A program made the translations under genes and the position numbers. From positions 1 through 25,155 of the IMG/VR virus record IMGVR_UViG_3300007992_000015: a stretch of DNA of 25,155 nt; one strand, written 5' to 3'. Positions 11,101-19,250 of the stretch are shown one piece after another (the first letter of the stretch is position 1; each line of letters starts with the position of its first letter). The stretch comes from a virus (taxonomy: Duplodnaviria > Caudoviricetes). The notes beneath the pieces were generated by a model that was not told the DNA's origin, searched no databases, and saw only the letters and a program-made list of their open reading frames with translations.

Positions 11101-14100
11101 TTTGCACTGTAAGAAATATTTTCAATCTCATATCCTTTTGATGATTCCAAAGATTGAATAGTAAAAGTTTTTAATGATGTTGATATTACTTTTTGAATAC
11201 CAAAATAATCTCTAGTCTTATTGATTTGATATATTCTAGATCCAATATGTAAATATAATCTATTTGGAATGTTCAGTGCATTTATAACAACACTATTTGT
11301 AGGAGATTTCTCAAGAGTAAAGAACTCATTAGTTTTCTCAAGATCGTAGGTTAATAAAAATTCTGCACCAGTTGGAATATTTAATTGATATGTATATTTA
11401 AAATTAACATTAATTTCATAAAATTCAAAATCTTTATATGTATCTACATCTGATGCTGAATCATCTAAAAGTATATCATCTATCAAAATAACCCTAGATG
11501 TAGTTTCAGGTTTTCCCAAATAATTATCTAATAAATTAATTTGAATATTATCACTTCCTTGATTATAATCAAAATAAACAAAATCATTTATTGATAAATC
11601 ATGAACTAAATCCGTAGTAAATGTAGACAATAATCCATTAGCTGATGCAACAATTTTAGATATTGGTTTACCACTAACTTTAGAAACTATAGCACTAAAT
11701 CCAGAACCATTAGTTAAATTATTATCAACAACTAATCTATCACCAACACGATAATTATCACCTTTATTCTCAATAATAACTGAATCAACACTACCAGGAG
11801 AAATTGCTGTAGTTTTAGCAATAGTCTTAACTAAACTGCTATCTTCCTTAGGATATTCATCATTATGATCAAGTCCAGTAAAAATTGTAATACCATTTAC
11901 AATAATTGGATCAATATCTTTTTCAAATGACCTCGTAAACACAGATGGAATTTTATCATTTCTTCTGCACCTATTATTCATATAATCATCATAAGTTGAT
12001 GCAAAAGTATCTCCAACAAAATATGGAAATCCATTAAACCCTATATTATCATTACTAGCTGAACCTGATTCTACTAAAGCATTAGTAATAGGATCATATG
12101 ATTCTAATGTTGTAAAATAACAATATCTTCCAGTCGGAAATTCTGGAGTTATTGAAAATCTTCCATTATGTTCATCTAAATCATTGTCATCACCTTCATT
12201 ATATTCATAATCTTCAATAAATGTTCCAATTGGATAATCACTTATTGAAGGTCCTCCTGTTCTACTTAAAGTTACATATTTTGTACCATTAGTAGTATTT
12301 AAAGTTATAGCTCCAGTAGTTCCAGACGAAACTTCTTTATATTTTAAATTATACCTAGATTTGGTAGTAGTAAATTGAGTTACATACTTAGCATCAGTAG
12401 GATCTATTACTAGAGGTTTATTTCTCAGTTCTAAAATACGTCCACTAGCATAAGTTGGAATACCATCATACGAAACACCAAGAGGTAGAGTGTGCATAAT
12501 AAAACTAGTTAATATTTCATCATCCGTCATATTTGATACTAGTTTACCCAAAGCTGTTTCAGCAGCTGTAATTACAGCTGCTGGAGCTTTTTCTTTCAAA
12601 TATAAAGCTGAAATTTTCTTAGTATTTTGTAATAAGTAATATTGTTTTTCATCTAAATCTTTAGGAAAATCATTTCTATAATCAATTAATCTAAAGTTTT
12701 TTTCATTAATTGATTTTGGTGGAATAGCATCGGAGTCATCATAAACATATCCACCATACGAGTCAATTCTATCGAGTTTATTTAATTGTCTAACTAGATT
12801 AAATGTCCATTCATTTAATTTAGATGAGATAAGTGATTTTCTAGTCTCGGATGATGTAATTTCTACTTTTGGAGCTAATGTGTAACCACTACCACCATTA
12901 ACAATAATAAATCCATTTACCTTACCATTAGAAATAGTACTGGTAACAACTGCACCTGATCCACCTCCTCCCACAATAGTTACTACTGGAGGGAAAGTAT
13001 AACCACTACCTCCCTTAATCAAGGATATTGAAGTTACAGCGCCAGATGAGGTATAAGCAATTGCTCTTGCTCCACCTCCAAATTCAACTTCAACCGAAGG
13101 AGCAATATCAAATGTTGCTGGAATATCAACAAATCCGTCATTTGCACTTGATGATGAACGAACTTCAAGTTCATTATAATTATCTTTATAAAAATTAAAG
13201 TATGAAACTAAAGGACCTCTAAAGTCAACAATTCTATCTGAATATAAACTAAATGGGACATCTACATGCCACTCATTAGATCCATTAACTTTACCACCAC
13301 CAGAAATTCTAATTGTTGGTAATGAAATATAACCTTCACCAGAATCTTTTATAATAATATTATCAATAATTCCATTTTTATAACTTAACTCTACTTTTGC
13401 TTCTCTAAAATATGATGGGTTTAACTGTTCGGATATAAATTCAAACTTAGGATTAGATAGAGCGGGAGTAAGATAACTTAATGATACTGGATTTGAATTT
13501 AAAAGAGCTTCTGATTTTGTTCTATGAAGAGTAAATTTATCATCATCAACTTTTCTGACAAAATACTCAGTATTATTTCGTAGTGTTATAAAAGAGTCTT
13601 CTCCACTAGTAACTTTAAAAGTTACTTTTAAAGCAGTATCAAATTTATGATTAGTTTTGGTAATAATTTTGGTTGAAACATTTAATCCAGTATAACTGGA
13701 AAATAATTGTTTAATTTGTAAATTATTATTAATTACCGAAATATTTGGTCTAGTACTGAATCCCTTTAGATAATCTGTTGATGACCAAGCAATTGCTAAT
13801 TTATTAAAATCTATAGATCTTAATGATGAAGAAATTTTTATCAGGTTATTAGCACTACCAACAGTTAGTGAGTCAGATAATTTGAATACTGGTAATCCTG
13901 CAGGATCTTCTGTATATCCAAAACCATTACTATCTTCAGTATATAAGACTGGATAATCTCCACCATCACCAATATAAAAGTTTTTAATATAACCATATGA
14001 TACTGTATTACCTTTATAGGAATTTATCTGTACAGCATCAAGATTTAATCCTATTAATTTTTTATTTGTTCTTCCTACCCCAACTGCTTGGGTCTCAGAT

Positions 14101-16505
14101 ACTAAACTACTTTTTTTCCACCTAGTTAGTAATCTTTGATTAGTAAACGCAACCTTTTTCTTATCATCTACACTCAATACAGTATTTAAATCAACTATTT
14201 TATCCCACCATCTAGGAATACCAGAACCTGCAACATAAATGTATTCTTGGAAATCATACTGACTAGAATAACCAGTCAATGATTGATATGACGGTAGTGA
14301 TTTAATATTGTTGGTTTCTTGTGTAGTGCTACTTGATGTCTCTGTAATAGAATCTCTGGTTCTATTAGTATTTGTAGCTAAAAGTGAAGATAATCTATCA
14401 GAAATTTCTGGAGTAGTAAACGAAAAAGCTTCTACATTAGGACTATCAAATCTTGCAAATGAATATGTAGTTTCACTATGCAATGATCCACCTTCTTCAA
14501 TTACAATGTCACCAGGTAAACCCAATAATTGAAATTTTGGATTCGTAAGTAGAGAATTATTATAATCGAAGTAGAATGTATGATCTAATCTATTTTTACC
14601 AGCATACTCCCAAAGAATTGGATTTGAATTAACTATAGTACCATCATACTCTTTACCGTCTGTATGAGTTGGAGCAGTTGTTCCGGAAACTCCACTATTT
14701 TTTGATACATATAAATTTTCACCATGAAATACATAGTCTCCAATACTAAAATTTGTAGCGGTGGACCATGGTGTATTTTCTTTTAGTCTAGCAACTGATA
14801 TTACTTCATCTTTAACATTAAAATTAATAGTACCACTACCAGAATAAGAACAATCAAATAATTGATGTGCGCTTCTATACTTATATAATATTTCCTTTCC
14901 ATTGATGGATACAATACCATTAGTAATAGGAAATCTAGTTACTTCATCTACAGTCAAAACAAAGTTAGTTGTAGATGAAGTAACTCCATCAATCTGTTTT
15001 GTAATTACTGTAGATGGGGGTAAAAATATTTTGTTGATGTCACTATTTGTTGTTATATCAAATGCAAAAATATTTTTTGATAAAGTAACACTATTGTCTA
15101 TCTCAATGTCAACTCCAGGAACACCAAAAACAGGATCAGCATTTTGCTTTAATGTAATTACTTCTGGCAATTTATCATCTTTTAAAAAATATCCATCAAT
15201 CAATCTACATTTGATAGTTTTTTTATCTGAGAATGATGAATTGGAAGTTTTAAAGGTATAATCTTTAGGAAACTCAATTTGTTGCTCTTCACCATCAATT
15301 CGTAGACCACTTCTATTATTAGATGGACTAATAAATGATTGAGAAATAAAAGCTCTGGCTTTTTCACCAGAATCAGAATAAATTTCTTCGTTTGGTAAAA
15401 AATAACCAACAACATCATATAAAATTAACTCATCAGTATAAGTATCGTAATATTCTACTCTACCAGATCCGGTTCCAGATATATTTTGTACTAATTCATC
15501 TTCCTTAAAATTAGATGGTCTTACTCTCGCAGTTACAGCGCCTTGATATCCCTCACCTTTATCAACAACAGAAACTGCAGTTATAGTACCGTCAGAATTT
15601 ATATCGGTTACTTCAATAATTGCTGTTTTATTTTTTCTAATTTGTGTAGTGAGATCAATTGATCCAATACCACTACCAAGTATATCTACAATTGGTGGGT
15701 TAATTAATTTATTATTACTATCTTTTCTATCATCATATCCACTACCACCATCTTGGATTCCAACCCCTGCCTGCAAAAGATATGATCTTGAGCTATTAAT
15801 TTTTAATTTTGCACCGACACCTCTATTTTTTATCTTAAAATTAAATTTTCTGTCGTTAAATAAAATTCTGAATAAAATTCTATGACTATTTAAACTTCCC
15901 TTTGAAGAATAAAAAGATTTAATATTTTTAATAAATGATGATAAATCAAGAGATTCATCTAAAACTTCAGGAATTAATGGAGATAATTCTGATTTAATTC
16001 TGGATAAAAATTCATTTGCATAATCATATGCAATATTTTTTACACTAACTAAATTTTTATGCTCATCTGCAGTAGAACTTGTTAGATATAAATTTGATTT
16101 TGGTATACTATTTAAAACAAGAGCGGAAGCACCCCTCTCACACTCTAAAAATTGAGTTGTTGTTCGATTTCTATAAAAAATTATCTCATCATCTATTTTT
16201 ATGTAACCGTTAGTTTCAGGAAAACCTATTGTACTTTCAACAGTAATAGTTTTAGCTGTATCTGTTAAATTACCACTTTCTATTAATTTTGTGTATTCTA
16301 TTAATCTAGAAGATCTATAATATCCAATATTATAGTAATCAATTAAATTTGATGCAATGTCTAAAGGCTGATACTTTCCTTCTTGCGATTCGTAATACGA
16401 AGAAATAAAATTTATAAATTTTTCATTAGTATCTCTAACAAAACTAGGAAACTGATTCTCGACTAGAATTGATACATTTGAAGTCTTTTCTTCTAAGTAT
16501 TTCAT
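5151..16505 (-). CDS. gp7: Giant baseplate wedge initiator / gp7-like multidomain structural protein (3784 aa)
   Basis: N-terminal VSILVENQFPSFVRD...FINFISSYYESQE and FIKNIKSFYSSKGSLNSHRILFRILFN, plus ITDSNYYQDWSYSL...HPAGFKQFG, are gp7-like wedge motifs. Also carries repeated GGSGY/GGGGSGA beta modules, a YHYH-like segment and a C-terminal repeat array. Located between gp6 and gp8. Confidence 0.85.
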   Translation of the reverse strand: MKYLEEKTSNVSILVENQFPSFVRDTNEKFINFISSYYESQEGKYQPLDIASNLIDYYNIGYYRSSRLIEYTKLIESGNLTDTAKTITVESTIGFPETNGYIKIDDEIIFYRNRTTTQFLECERGASALVLNSIPKSNLYLTSSTADEHKNLVSVKNIAYDYANEFLSRIKSELSPLIPEVLDESLDLSSFIKNIKSFYSSKGSLNSHRILFRILFNDRKFNFKIKNRGVGAKLKINSSRSYLLQAGVGIQDGGSGYDDRKDSNNKLINPPIVDILGSGIGSIDLTTQIRKNKTAIIEVTDINSDGTITAVSVVDKGEGYQGAVTARVRPSNFKEDELVQNISGTGSGRVEYYDTYTDELILYDVVGYFLPNEEIYSDSGEKARAFISQSFISPSNNRSGLRIDGEEQQIEFPKDYTFKTSNSSFSDKKTIKCRLIDGYFLKDDKLPEVITLKQNADPVFGVPGVDIEIDNSVTLSKNIFAFDITTNSDINKIFLPPSTVITKQIDGVTSSTTNFVLTVDEVTRFPITNGIVSINGKEILYKYRSAHQLFDCSYSGSGTINFNVKDEVISVARLKENTPWSTATNFSIGDYVFHGENLYVSKNSGVSGTTAPTHTDGKEYDGTIVNSNPILWEYAGKNRLDHTFYFDYNNSLLTNPKFQLLGLPGDIVIEEGGSLHSETTYSFARFDSPNVEAFSFTTPEISDRLSSLLATNTNRTRDSITETSSSTTQETNNIKSLPSYQSLTGYSSQYDFQEYIYVAGSGIPRWWDKIVDLNTVLSVDDKKKVAFTNQRLLTRWKKSSLVSETQAVGVGRTNKKLIGLNLDAVQINSYKGNTVSYGYIKNFYIGDGGDYPVLYTEDSNGFGYTEDPAGLPVFKLSDSLTVGSANNLIKISSSLRSIDFNKLAIAWSSTDYLKGFSTRPNISVINNNLQIKQLFSSYTGLNVSTKIITKTNHKFDTALKVTFKVTSGEDSFITLRNNTEYFVRKVDDDKFTLHRTKSEALLNSNPVSLSYLTPALSNPKFEFISEQLNPSYFREAKVELSYKNGIIDNIIIKDSGEGYISLPTIRISGGGKVNGSNEWHVDVPFSLYSDRIVDFRGPLVSYFNFYKDNYNELEVRSSSSANDGFVDIPATFDIAPSVEVEFGGGARAIAYTSSGAVTSISLIKGGSGYTFPPVVTIVGGGGSGAVVTSTISNGKVNGFIIVNGGSGYTLAPKVEITSSETRKSLISSKLNEWTFNLVRQLNKLDRIDSYGGYVYDDSDAIPPKSINEKNFRLIDYRNDFPKDLDEKQYYLLQNTKKISALYLKEKAPAAVITAAETALGKLVSNMTDDEILTSFIMHTLPLGVSYDGIPTYASGRILELRNKPLVIDPTDAKYVTQFTTTKSRYNLKYKEVSSGTTGAITLNTTNGTKYVTLSRTGGPSISDYPIGTFIEDYEYNEGDDNDLDEHNGRFSITPEFPTGRYCYFTTLESYDPITNALVESGSASNDNIGFNGFPYFVGDTFASTYDDYMNNRCRRNDKIPSVFTRSFEKDIDPIIVNGITIFTGLDHNDEYPKEDSSLVKTIAKTTAISPGSVDSVIIENKGDNYRVGDRLVVDNNLTNGSGFSAIVSKVSGKPISKIVASANGLLSTFTTDLVHDLSINDFVYFDYNQGSDNIQINLLDNYLGKPETTSRVILIDDILLDDSASDVDTYKDFEFYEINVNFKYTYQLNIPTGAEFLLTYDLEKTNEFFTLEKSPTNSVVINALNIPNRLYLHIGSRIYQINKTRDYFGIQKVISTSLKTFTIQSLESSKGYEIENISYSAKSYGARGPIEEISITSAGSGYKKLPTITGLIKKGTENTEAGNGKAIIQSNSGTIGKLKKLSYSSVGSSITANSNVNHYLNIPSTAKIINNFEIYGVEIVDGGDKYFDTDTILVNGETGLARLKLNVYLGTITSVSVLDGGMNFNEEPTLTVTTKTGKNAILKAKLRRKNLFPKQILTGTVNSLLFPVSINIDVVNYDSRSSSLEFNENSGQFKDGDIIYVEGKKYGKIQSIRRSKAYSKVRSYSQLQIDSPNISGRTSESLQKITDSNYYQDWSYSLTSSRDTKEWKYQQNINTHPAGFKQFGKKLIERRKSFFKNPLDVFKSSVIFSTKISRTLDLSLKLSPCGTQRLFLSNASGFTTGGYITGTVSEAVGRIKEVTESSLIVEVYNNNKSFVLGEILVQVDKKFAFGISDATNKSFNFWNGIFQEPGESYEISENPTSYIPRYNVDNSDEIVLYTIDTSFVKLDNQVLNANETSFSFSLEKSSYPITSSILDEFIISIGGVVQNPANLTVSANAVETSQSVSNDSNVIAVRHTNLSSLTFTGSGTTYTITQTPTSNCQLLIFRTGIFQTQLLTDFTVTGNQIVFSESIPSNEIFGWYYDGNITCQKLDSSTFNQNKILKQLPCEKTKFLEKIESNAVKKPESLYEIRKKYIDGTIVPVSSTKVEGFDTKFIYTSPSHSDSYVEVIDAISLDGSTQSFSLETNGETYTPRNGEESLIVYIDNDILDHDQYSVSGSTINFSQTYASTKKCTILDFVSDYVSNTNSQNCAILDRINVLQNGSRTTFNLSDRGVPKYVRNVGDIFKIKNNKLERPDSQTQSVNNNKITFVAPPTNSDDISLIYFNRQLQPVSTNNVMFDDLYCFDGVRTSFPFAVDGAVFNYTSTTNLHLYMSRNGVIQKPGVDYVLAENSNTGTWQINFSEAPTVDEEGKIFAWFSYGGNLQRNQRLDFGNYVDGIQKEFSITQNYNASNLIQENNLVVFRNGVHQVYDIDYTVNGTVNPTIVFDVAPQQVGDYIYMLNLKKSGLGTFTQSDISQVNSNTLSVYVNFTANDFIIFVNGVKQNPNSAYTVSGPVSGIYTFNFTDNVSKTNDNVSIYAYNGSDATMFVQCDEITVSNTSTNSYNLTSGGSAVTNIPNVNGLLVSIDGVVQEPGISYTLSGSTITFVNPSFELNDKIDIITIGNDNVYVDFIDDNYAKLTQTKNGVQIKPTRYKLSWVNRLDPTDKYEPYNNSLGYDPAHILVMRNSVVQNPTEDYTIGQGFIEFTTNVIESDDIYLLYVYGREELSFTQSGSTSSTKTYTLSSALSGSQDDDIILFADGVPRFKRRGDFTVTNNDTIVLQHTDGFDPTQVFITKYPSLILLDDFENCPNGTKTIFNIYFNQNNWSVNEVDENADILISKNGIVLNPGAEYNLISNDRQVEFTTPPVLSDTFFFVKMNDNKLKSLTNVSGNTYNLSDTYSSNYDKEGLVIFSNNVWKFAENGDFTWDDNNTITLSTAHTTGSLFAIKFNGLFHLLDEIHTPFDGSRNTFNMFDGEENFMPPGTVSDDSTPDPTSLLVTKNGELLEPGHQFTLTGDNESQIQFTTSPSSSDIISVRSVGMFDKLDTIASGSGTVFPLTKSSDVYYPNAHIERPRELENQIIIIKDGEVQSPLYDFYIDNNNVVFINSVSGSRLSFLDFRGTAANVKVFSRLNQVSVGDELYISGESSPRTITKINSPTVLETASYTDNSPSGFVATTNYSDGIVSGFTMTDGGGYYENPVVIRTKGTGSSAKAVARVKTLIGENVVDASSIELQYPGRNVYNDQTAIATVYATSYKKQPIHKSEVRKATKLNTALTNSSTTVVLGNATGLSSNPPVVTVTSNSGTVAQINNVKVFNGKIIDMEILSGGSSMDDRDVAIAVTGGGGSGCVLEPVLNVSGTLTGVNIKNPGTGYDSHRVIILNGTDEKEEVIEYTEIISNTLIGITRGVAGTSASSHQTTGTSVYFDNYL
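6100..9860 (-). repeat. Array of ~15 degenerate ~80-aa protein repeats in the gp7 C-terminal third
   Basis: Recurring core hhhh-x-[ND]G-h-h-Q-x-P...Y-T-h-x-G-x-x-I-x-F: NGIFQEPG, IGGVVQNP, TGIFQTQ, DNDILDH, KNNKLERP, RNGVIQKPG, RNGVHQVY, VNGVKQNP, IDGVVQEPG, RNSVVQNP, ADGVPRFK, KNGIVLNPG, SNNVWKFA, KNGELLEPG, KDGEVQSP, mostly ~250 nt apart. Boundaries are approximate. Confidence 0.8.
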
Positions 16506-18568
16506 GAGCAGGAATTAGGGTCTGTTTCTGGTCTGAAGTCTTCTATATCAACAAAGTTATTTGGATCATCACCATCACCACCATCTATAGGTATTAATGG
16601 TGGTGATACAATTGGAGATATTGGCACAAAACCACCTGGTAAAGGTTCTAATGTAACTCCAATAAAAGGATCATTATCTCCAGTTGGAGTGCTAACTCCC
16701 GATGGTAATGTGCCAATACTAGGAAGAACTGGAATATCAGGATCTAAAGTTTCACCTATATCACCTGGACCATCTATTTCATCGTCTTCAATGATAACAG
16801 TATCGGTAACTTCATATTCTGGCACAACATCTGGACCAAATATAATATCTAAGACTTCAGGTACTACCATAATATTTATTGGTTCATCCTGACAACAATT
16901 TATTGTAAATTTAATTTCACCAGTGTCCGGATTTACCGACCCAACTTCCTGAATCACTTCGCCATCGATACTAATTAGATATATCTTATTATCCCCAGTA
17001 CAACCAGCATAAGATCCCAAAACTACAGGTTCTGTTATATTTTTATGACAGAAAGGATCGGACAATACATAGTAGTCACCAGCAATATCTGTATTTAATG
17101 AAGTAAAGAAATCTACTTCATACAATTTTTCTACTCCAGGTGAAAGAGGAACTAATTGGGATAGATAAATTGGAACTACAACAAATTTGATAGATTGATC
17201 CAAGTTTTTAATTCGACACCGCAACTCTAAATCAGAGTATTCTCCTCCAAAGTCATTAAAATTTATTTTACTAATATAATCTTGAATAGATTCATTTACT
17301 AAAGATATTAACTCAAATTCTCTATTTCTAGTTTTTGACTCGTCATATATGATGGTTGGTCTGGCAATAATCTTAATTTTTACTGGATCTATAATATTAA
17401 CTTGAATAGATCCTACTTTATATTGATTTAATTCTCGTATAATTCGTTTTTTTTGAATTTCACTTACAGACTCGCCAACTTTTGGTTTGATTGAAATAAA
17501 AACTTCACCATATTGTGGTGGTGATAGTGTTTCGCCACCGGTAACTCTAACCAAATCTGCATTTGGATAAATTTGTTGGATAATTGATTCATAATCTGAA
17601 AGAGTAACTGCTCTTTCTTGAGATGCGTAATATCTTGGCGCTCTATATTTAATAGATCTTATACTTTCATATTCAGATCCACCATCAGATCTTTGTGTTA
17701 CAAGACTAAAAGAAATATTTGAATAATTTAATTTTGTATTGGTTGCACCAGTTGAACCAACAAAATTACCGGCTAACTTAAATTCACTTCTTATCCCATT
17801 TGCTTGACTACCAGATGTAACAATATATGTTAATTTTACTATTTCACCGTCTCTTAATTTTCGTCCAATTACATCATCACCAAAAATAACTTCATATTTT
17901 TGATCCTGTACTTCTTCAACAAAGAAAATTTCATCTGAATTTTTTACATCAACAATAGTTTCTTTCTTTACATATTCTTTTTCAACAGTATTTGTTGGGT
18001 CTGTAATTACAAACGCTTTAATTGTCTCAGAATCGATATAGTTATTTGGTATAAAAAATCTCTGATGTTCATTTGTACTATCTACAGTATAAAGTATAGA
18101 ATATTCTGTACCTTCAACTAATTCAACGTCTGTAAATGTAACTGAGCTCCTACCTTTTACATTGATCTGCAAATCTGATCTATTACAAAAAGTATAATTT
18201 CTATTATTAACAGATCCTGTTAATACTTTACCAGATTTTATAGTAACATAATCATATGGTGAAACATTATCAATAGTTATATTTGCAATTATTTTTGATG
18301 ACGTATATGAATTTGATCTATACCCTAATCTTTTTGCAATAGAAACTACATTGTCTCTAAGTACAGCAGTATCAAGATTTAACTCATTTGCCGCCATATT
18401 TACGTTATATGACGTATATAAAGTATTATACGCCAAAACGTCAATAAGCATTGATAGGTTAGAACCCTCAAAGTCATAATCAGTAAAACCGTCCTGAAGT
18501 TTTATGTAATTTTTTATAGAACTTTTTACCTGTTCAAATTCTAAAGCCGATACTATTGGTAATTCCAT
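16502..18568 (-). CDS. gp6: Baseplate wedge subunit (T4 gp6-like) with acidic/Pro-rich C-terminal extension
   Basis: 688 aa. LEFEQVKSSIKNYIK...FTDYDFEGSNLSMLIDVLAYNT, AVLRDNVVSIAKRLGY, YEVIFGDDVIGRKL, ESIRSIKYRAPRYYASQERAVTLSDY and GGETLSPPQYGEVFISIKP are gp6 hallmarks. ATGA overlap with the gp7 start. Confidence 0.95.
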   Translation of the reverse strand: MELPIVSALEFEQVKSSIKNYIKLQDGFTDYDFEGSNLSMLIDVLAYNTLYTSYNVNMAANELNLDTAVLRDNVVSIAKRLGYRSNSYTSSKIIANITIDNVSPYDYVTIKSGKVLTGSVNNRNYTFCNRSDLQINVKGRSSVTFTDVELVEGTEYSILYTVDSTNEHQRFFIPNNYIDSETIKAFVITDPTNTVEKEYVKKETIVDVKNSDEIFFVEEVQDQKYEVIFGDDVIGRKLRDGEIVKLTYIVTSGSQANGIRSEFKLAGNFVGSTGATNTKLNYSNISFSLVTQRSDGGSEYESIRSIKYRAPRYYASQERAVTLSDYESIIQQIYPNADLVRVTGGETLSPPQYGEVFISIKPKVGESVSEIQKKRIIRELNQYKVGSIQVNIIDPVKIKIIARPTIIYDESKTRNREFELISLVNESIQDYISKINFNDFGGEYSDLELRCRIKNLDQSIKFVVVPIYLSQLVPLSPGVEKLYEVDFFTSLNTDIAGDYYVLSDPFCHKNITEPVVLGSYAGCTGDNKIYLISIDGEVIQEVGSVNPDTGEIKFTINCCQDEPINIMVVPEVLDIIFGPDVVPEYEVTDTVIIEDDEIDGPGDIGETLDPDIPVLPSIGTLPSGVSTPTGDNDPFIGVTLEPLPGGFVPISPIVSPPLIPIDGGDGDDPNNFVDIEDFRPETDPNSCS

Positions 18569-18571
18569 TAA

Positions 18572-19021
18572 TTAACTTTCTCTAACTAGGACAAATGATA
18601 AATTTTGAACTTCTGGTGGAAGTCCAATTATTAAATATTCTATGTAAACATCAAACCCATTTGAATCATAACTTGCATCAATTTCTATGGTTTCCAAAGA
18701 AATTCTTGGTTCATTAGCAATTAATACTGATTCAATTTCTTCAATTAAAGCATTTGCAGATACTTTAGTATGAAGTTCAAATAGATATGAAGTAGTATCA
18801 GTTCCTACTGTAGGATTAAAAGGTCTTTCATTAATCTTAGTCAATACCAAATTTTTTACTGATTGTTTTATCGCTTCTTCATTTTTTAAAACTACAATAT
18901 CTTTAGTAATAGGATTTATAGCCATGTCAAAACTAATATCTTTAAACGATCTGGAAACTTTTCCAAGATAATCAGATACTAAAGACCTTTTATTTGCTAT
19001 AGAACCAAGGTATTGAGTCAT
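18572..19021 (-). CDS. gp25: Baseplate wedge subunit / sheath initiator (GPW/gp25 family)
   Basis: 149 aa. SRSFKDISFD...NPITKDIVVLKNEEAIKQSVKNLVLTKINERPFNP..G and EPRI motifs; directly upstream of gp6. Confidence 0.93.
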   Translation of the reverse strand: MTQYLGSIANKRSLVSDYLGKVSRSFKDISFDMAINPITKDIVVLKNEEAIKQSVKNLVLTKINERPFNPTVGTDTTSYLFELHTKVSANALIEEIESVLIANEPRISLETIEIDASYDSNGFDVYIEYLIIGLPPEVQNLSFVLVRES

Positions 19022-19048
19022 TATTTTAAAAATTACCTACCTTTATAC

Positions 19049-19056
19049 TATATATG
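19049..19056 (-). promoter_or_regulatory. Possible late promoter variant (CATATATA)
   Basis: One mismatch to NATAAATA, ~28 nt upstream of the gp25 ATG and followed by an AAGGTAGGT SD-like sequence; same spacing as the other late motifs. Confidence 0.45.
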
Positions 19057-19067
19057 TCACTTCCGGC

Positions 19068-19217
19068 CTATTTTTTACGAAACTCATTTTCCCGCATAAT
19101 TGATAATTTACTACTCTGCAAGTAAATATCTGATTTTGGGTTCGTTATTAATACTGCAGTACCAAATTCCTTTCTCATTATCTTTGGAACATAGTCTGGA
19201 TTAGGTGAATTTGCCAT
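19068..19217 (-). CDS. Small hypothetical protein (49 aa)
   Basis: Hand translation: MANSPNPDYVPKIMRKEFGTAVLITNPKSDIYLQSSKLSIMRENEFRKK. Strong SD (AAGGGGGT) just upstream, preceded by a late promoter motif; fills the gap exactly. Confidence 0.8.
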   Translation of the reverse strand: MANSPNPDYVPKIMRKEFGTAVLITNPKSDIYLQSSKLSIMRENEFRKK

Positions 19218-19242
19218 AATTTACCCCCTTAAGGTGAATAGT

Positions 19243-19250
19243 TATTTATT
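19243..19250 (-). promoter_or_regulatory. T4-type late promoter (AATAAATA)
   Basis: Overlaps the TAA stop of the 216-aa gene, ~26 nt upstream of the 49-aa ORF start. Confidence 0.68.

Noticed and set aside
5151-16505. Intein, intron or stop-codon recoding as the cause of the giant ORF
   Set aside because: The frame is open under the standard code, with no evident Hint/LAGLIDADG motifs; TAA, TGA and TAG all serve as stops in this window.
6487-16892. Short track ORFs overlapping gp7 and gp6 (plus-strand 6487, 7494, 7531, 7785, 7795, 10959, 14308, 14902, 15649, 16689; minus-strand 15200)
   Set aside because: Antisense or alternate-frame shadows of long genes, with no recognisable motifs.
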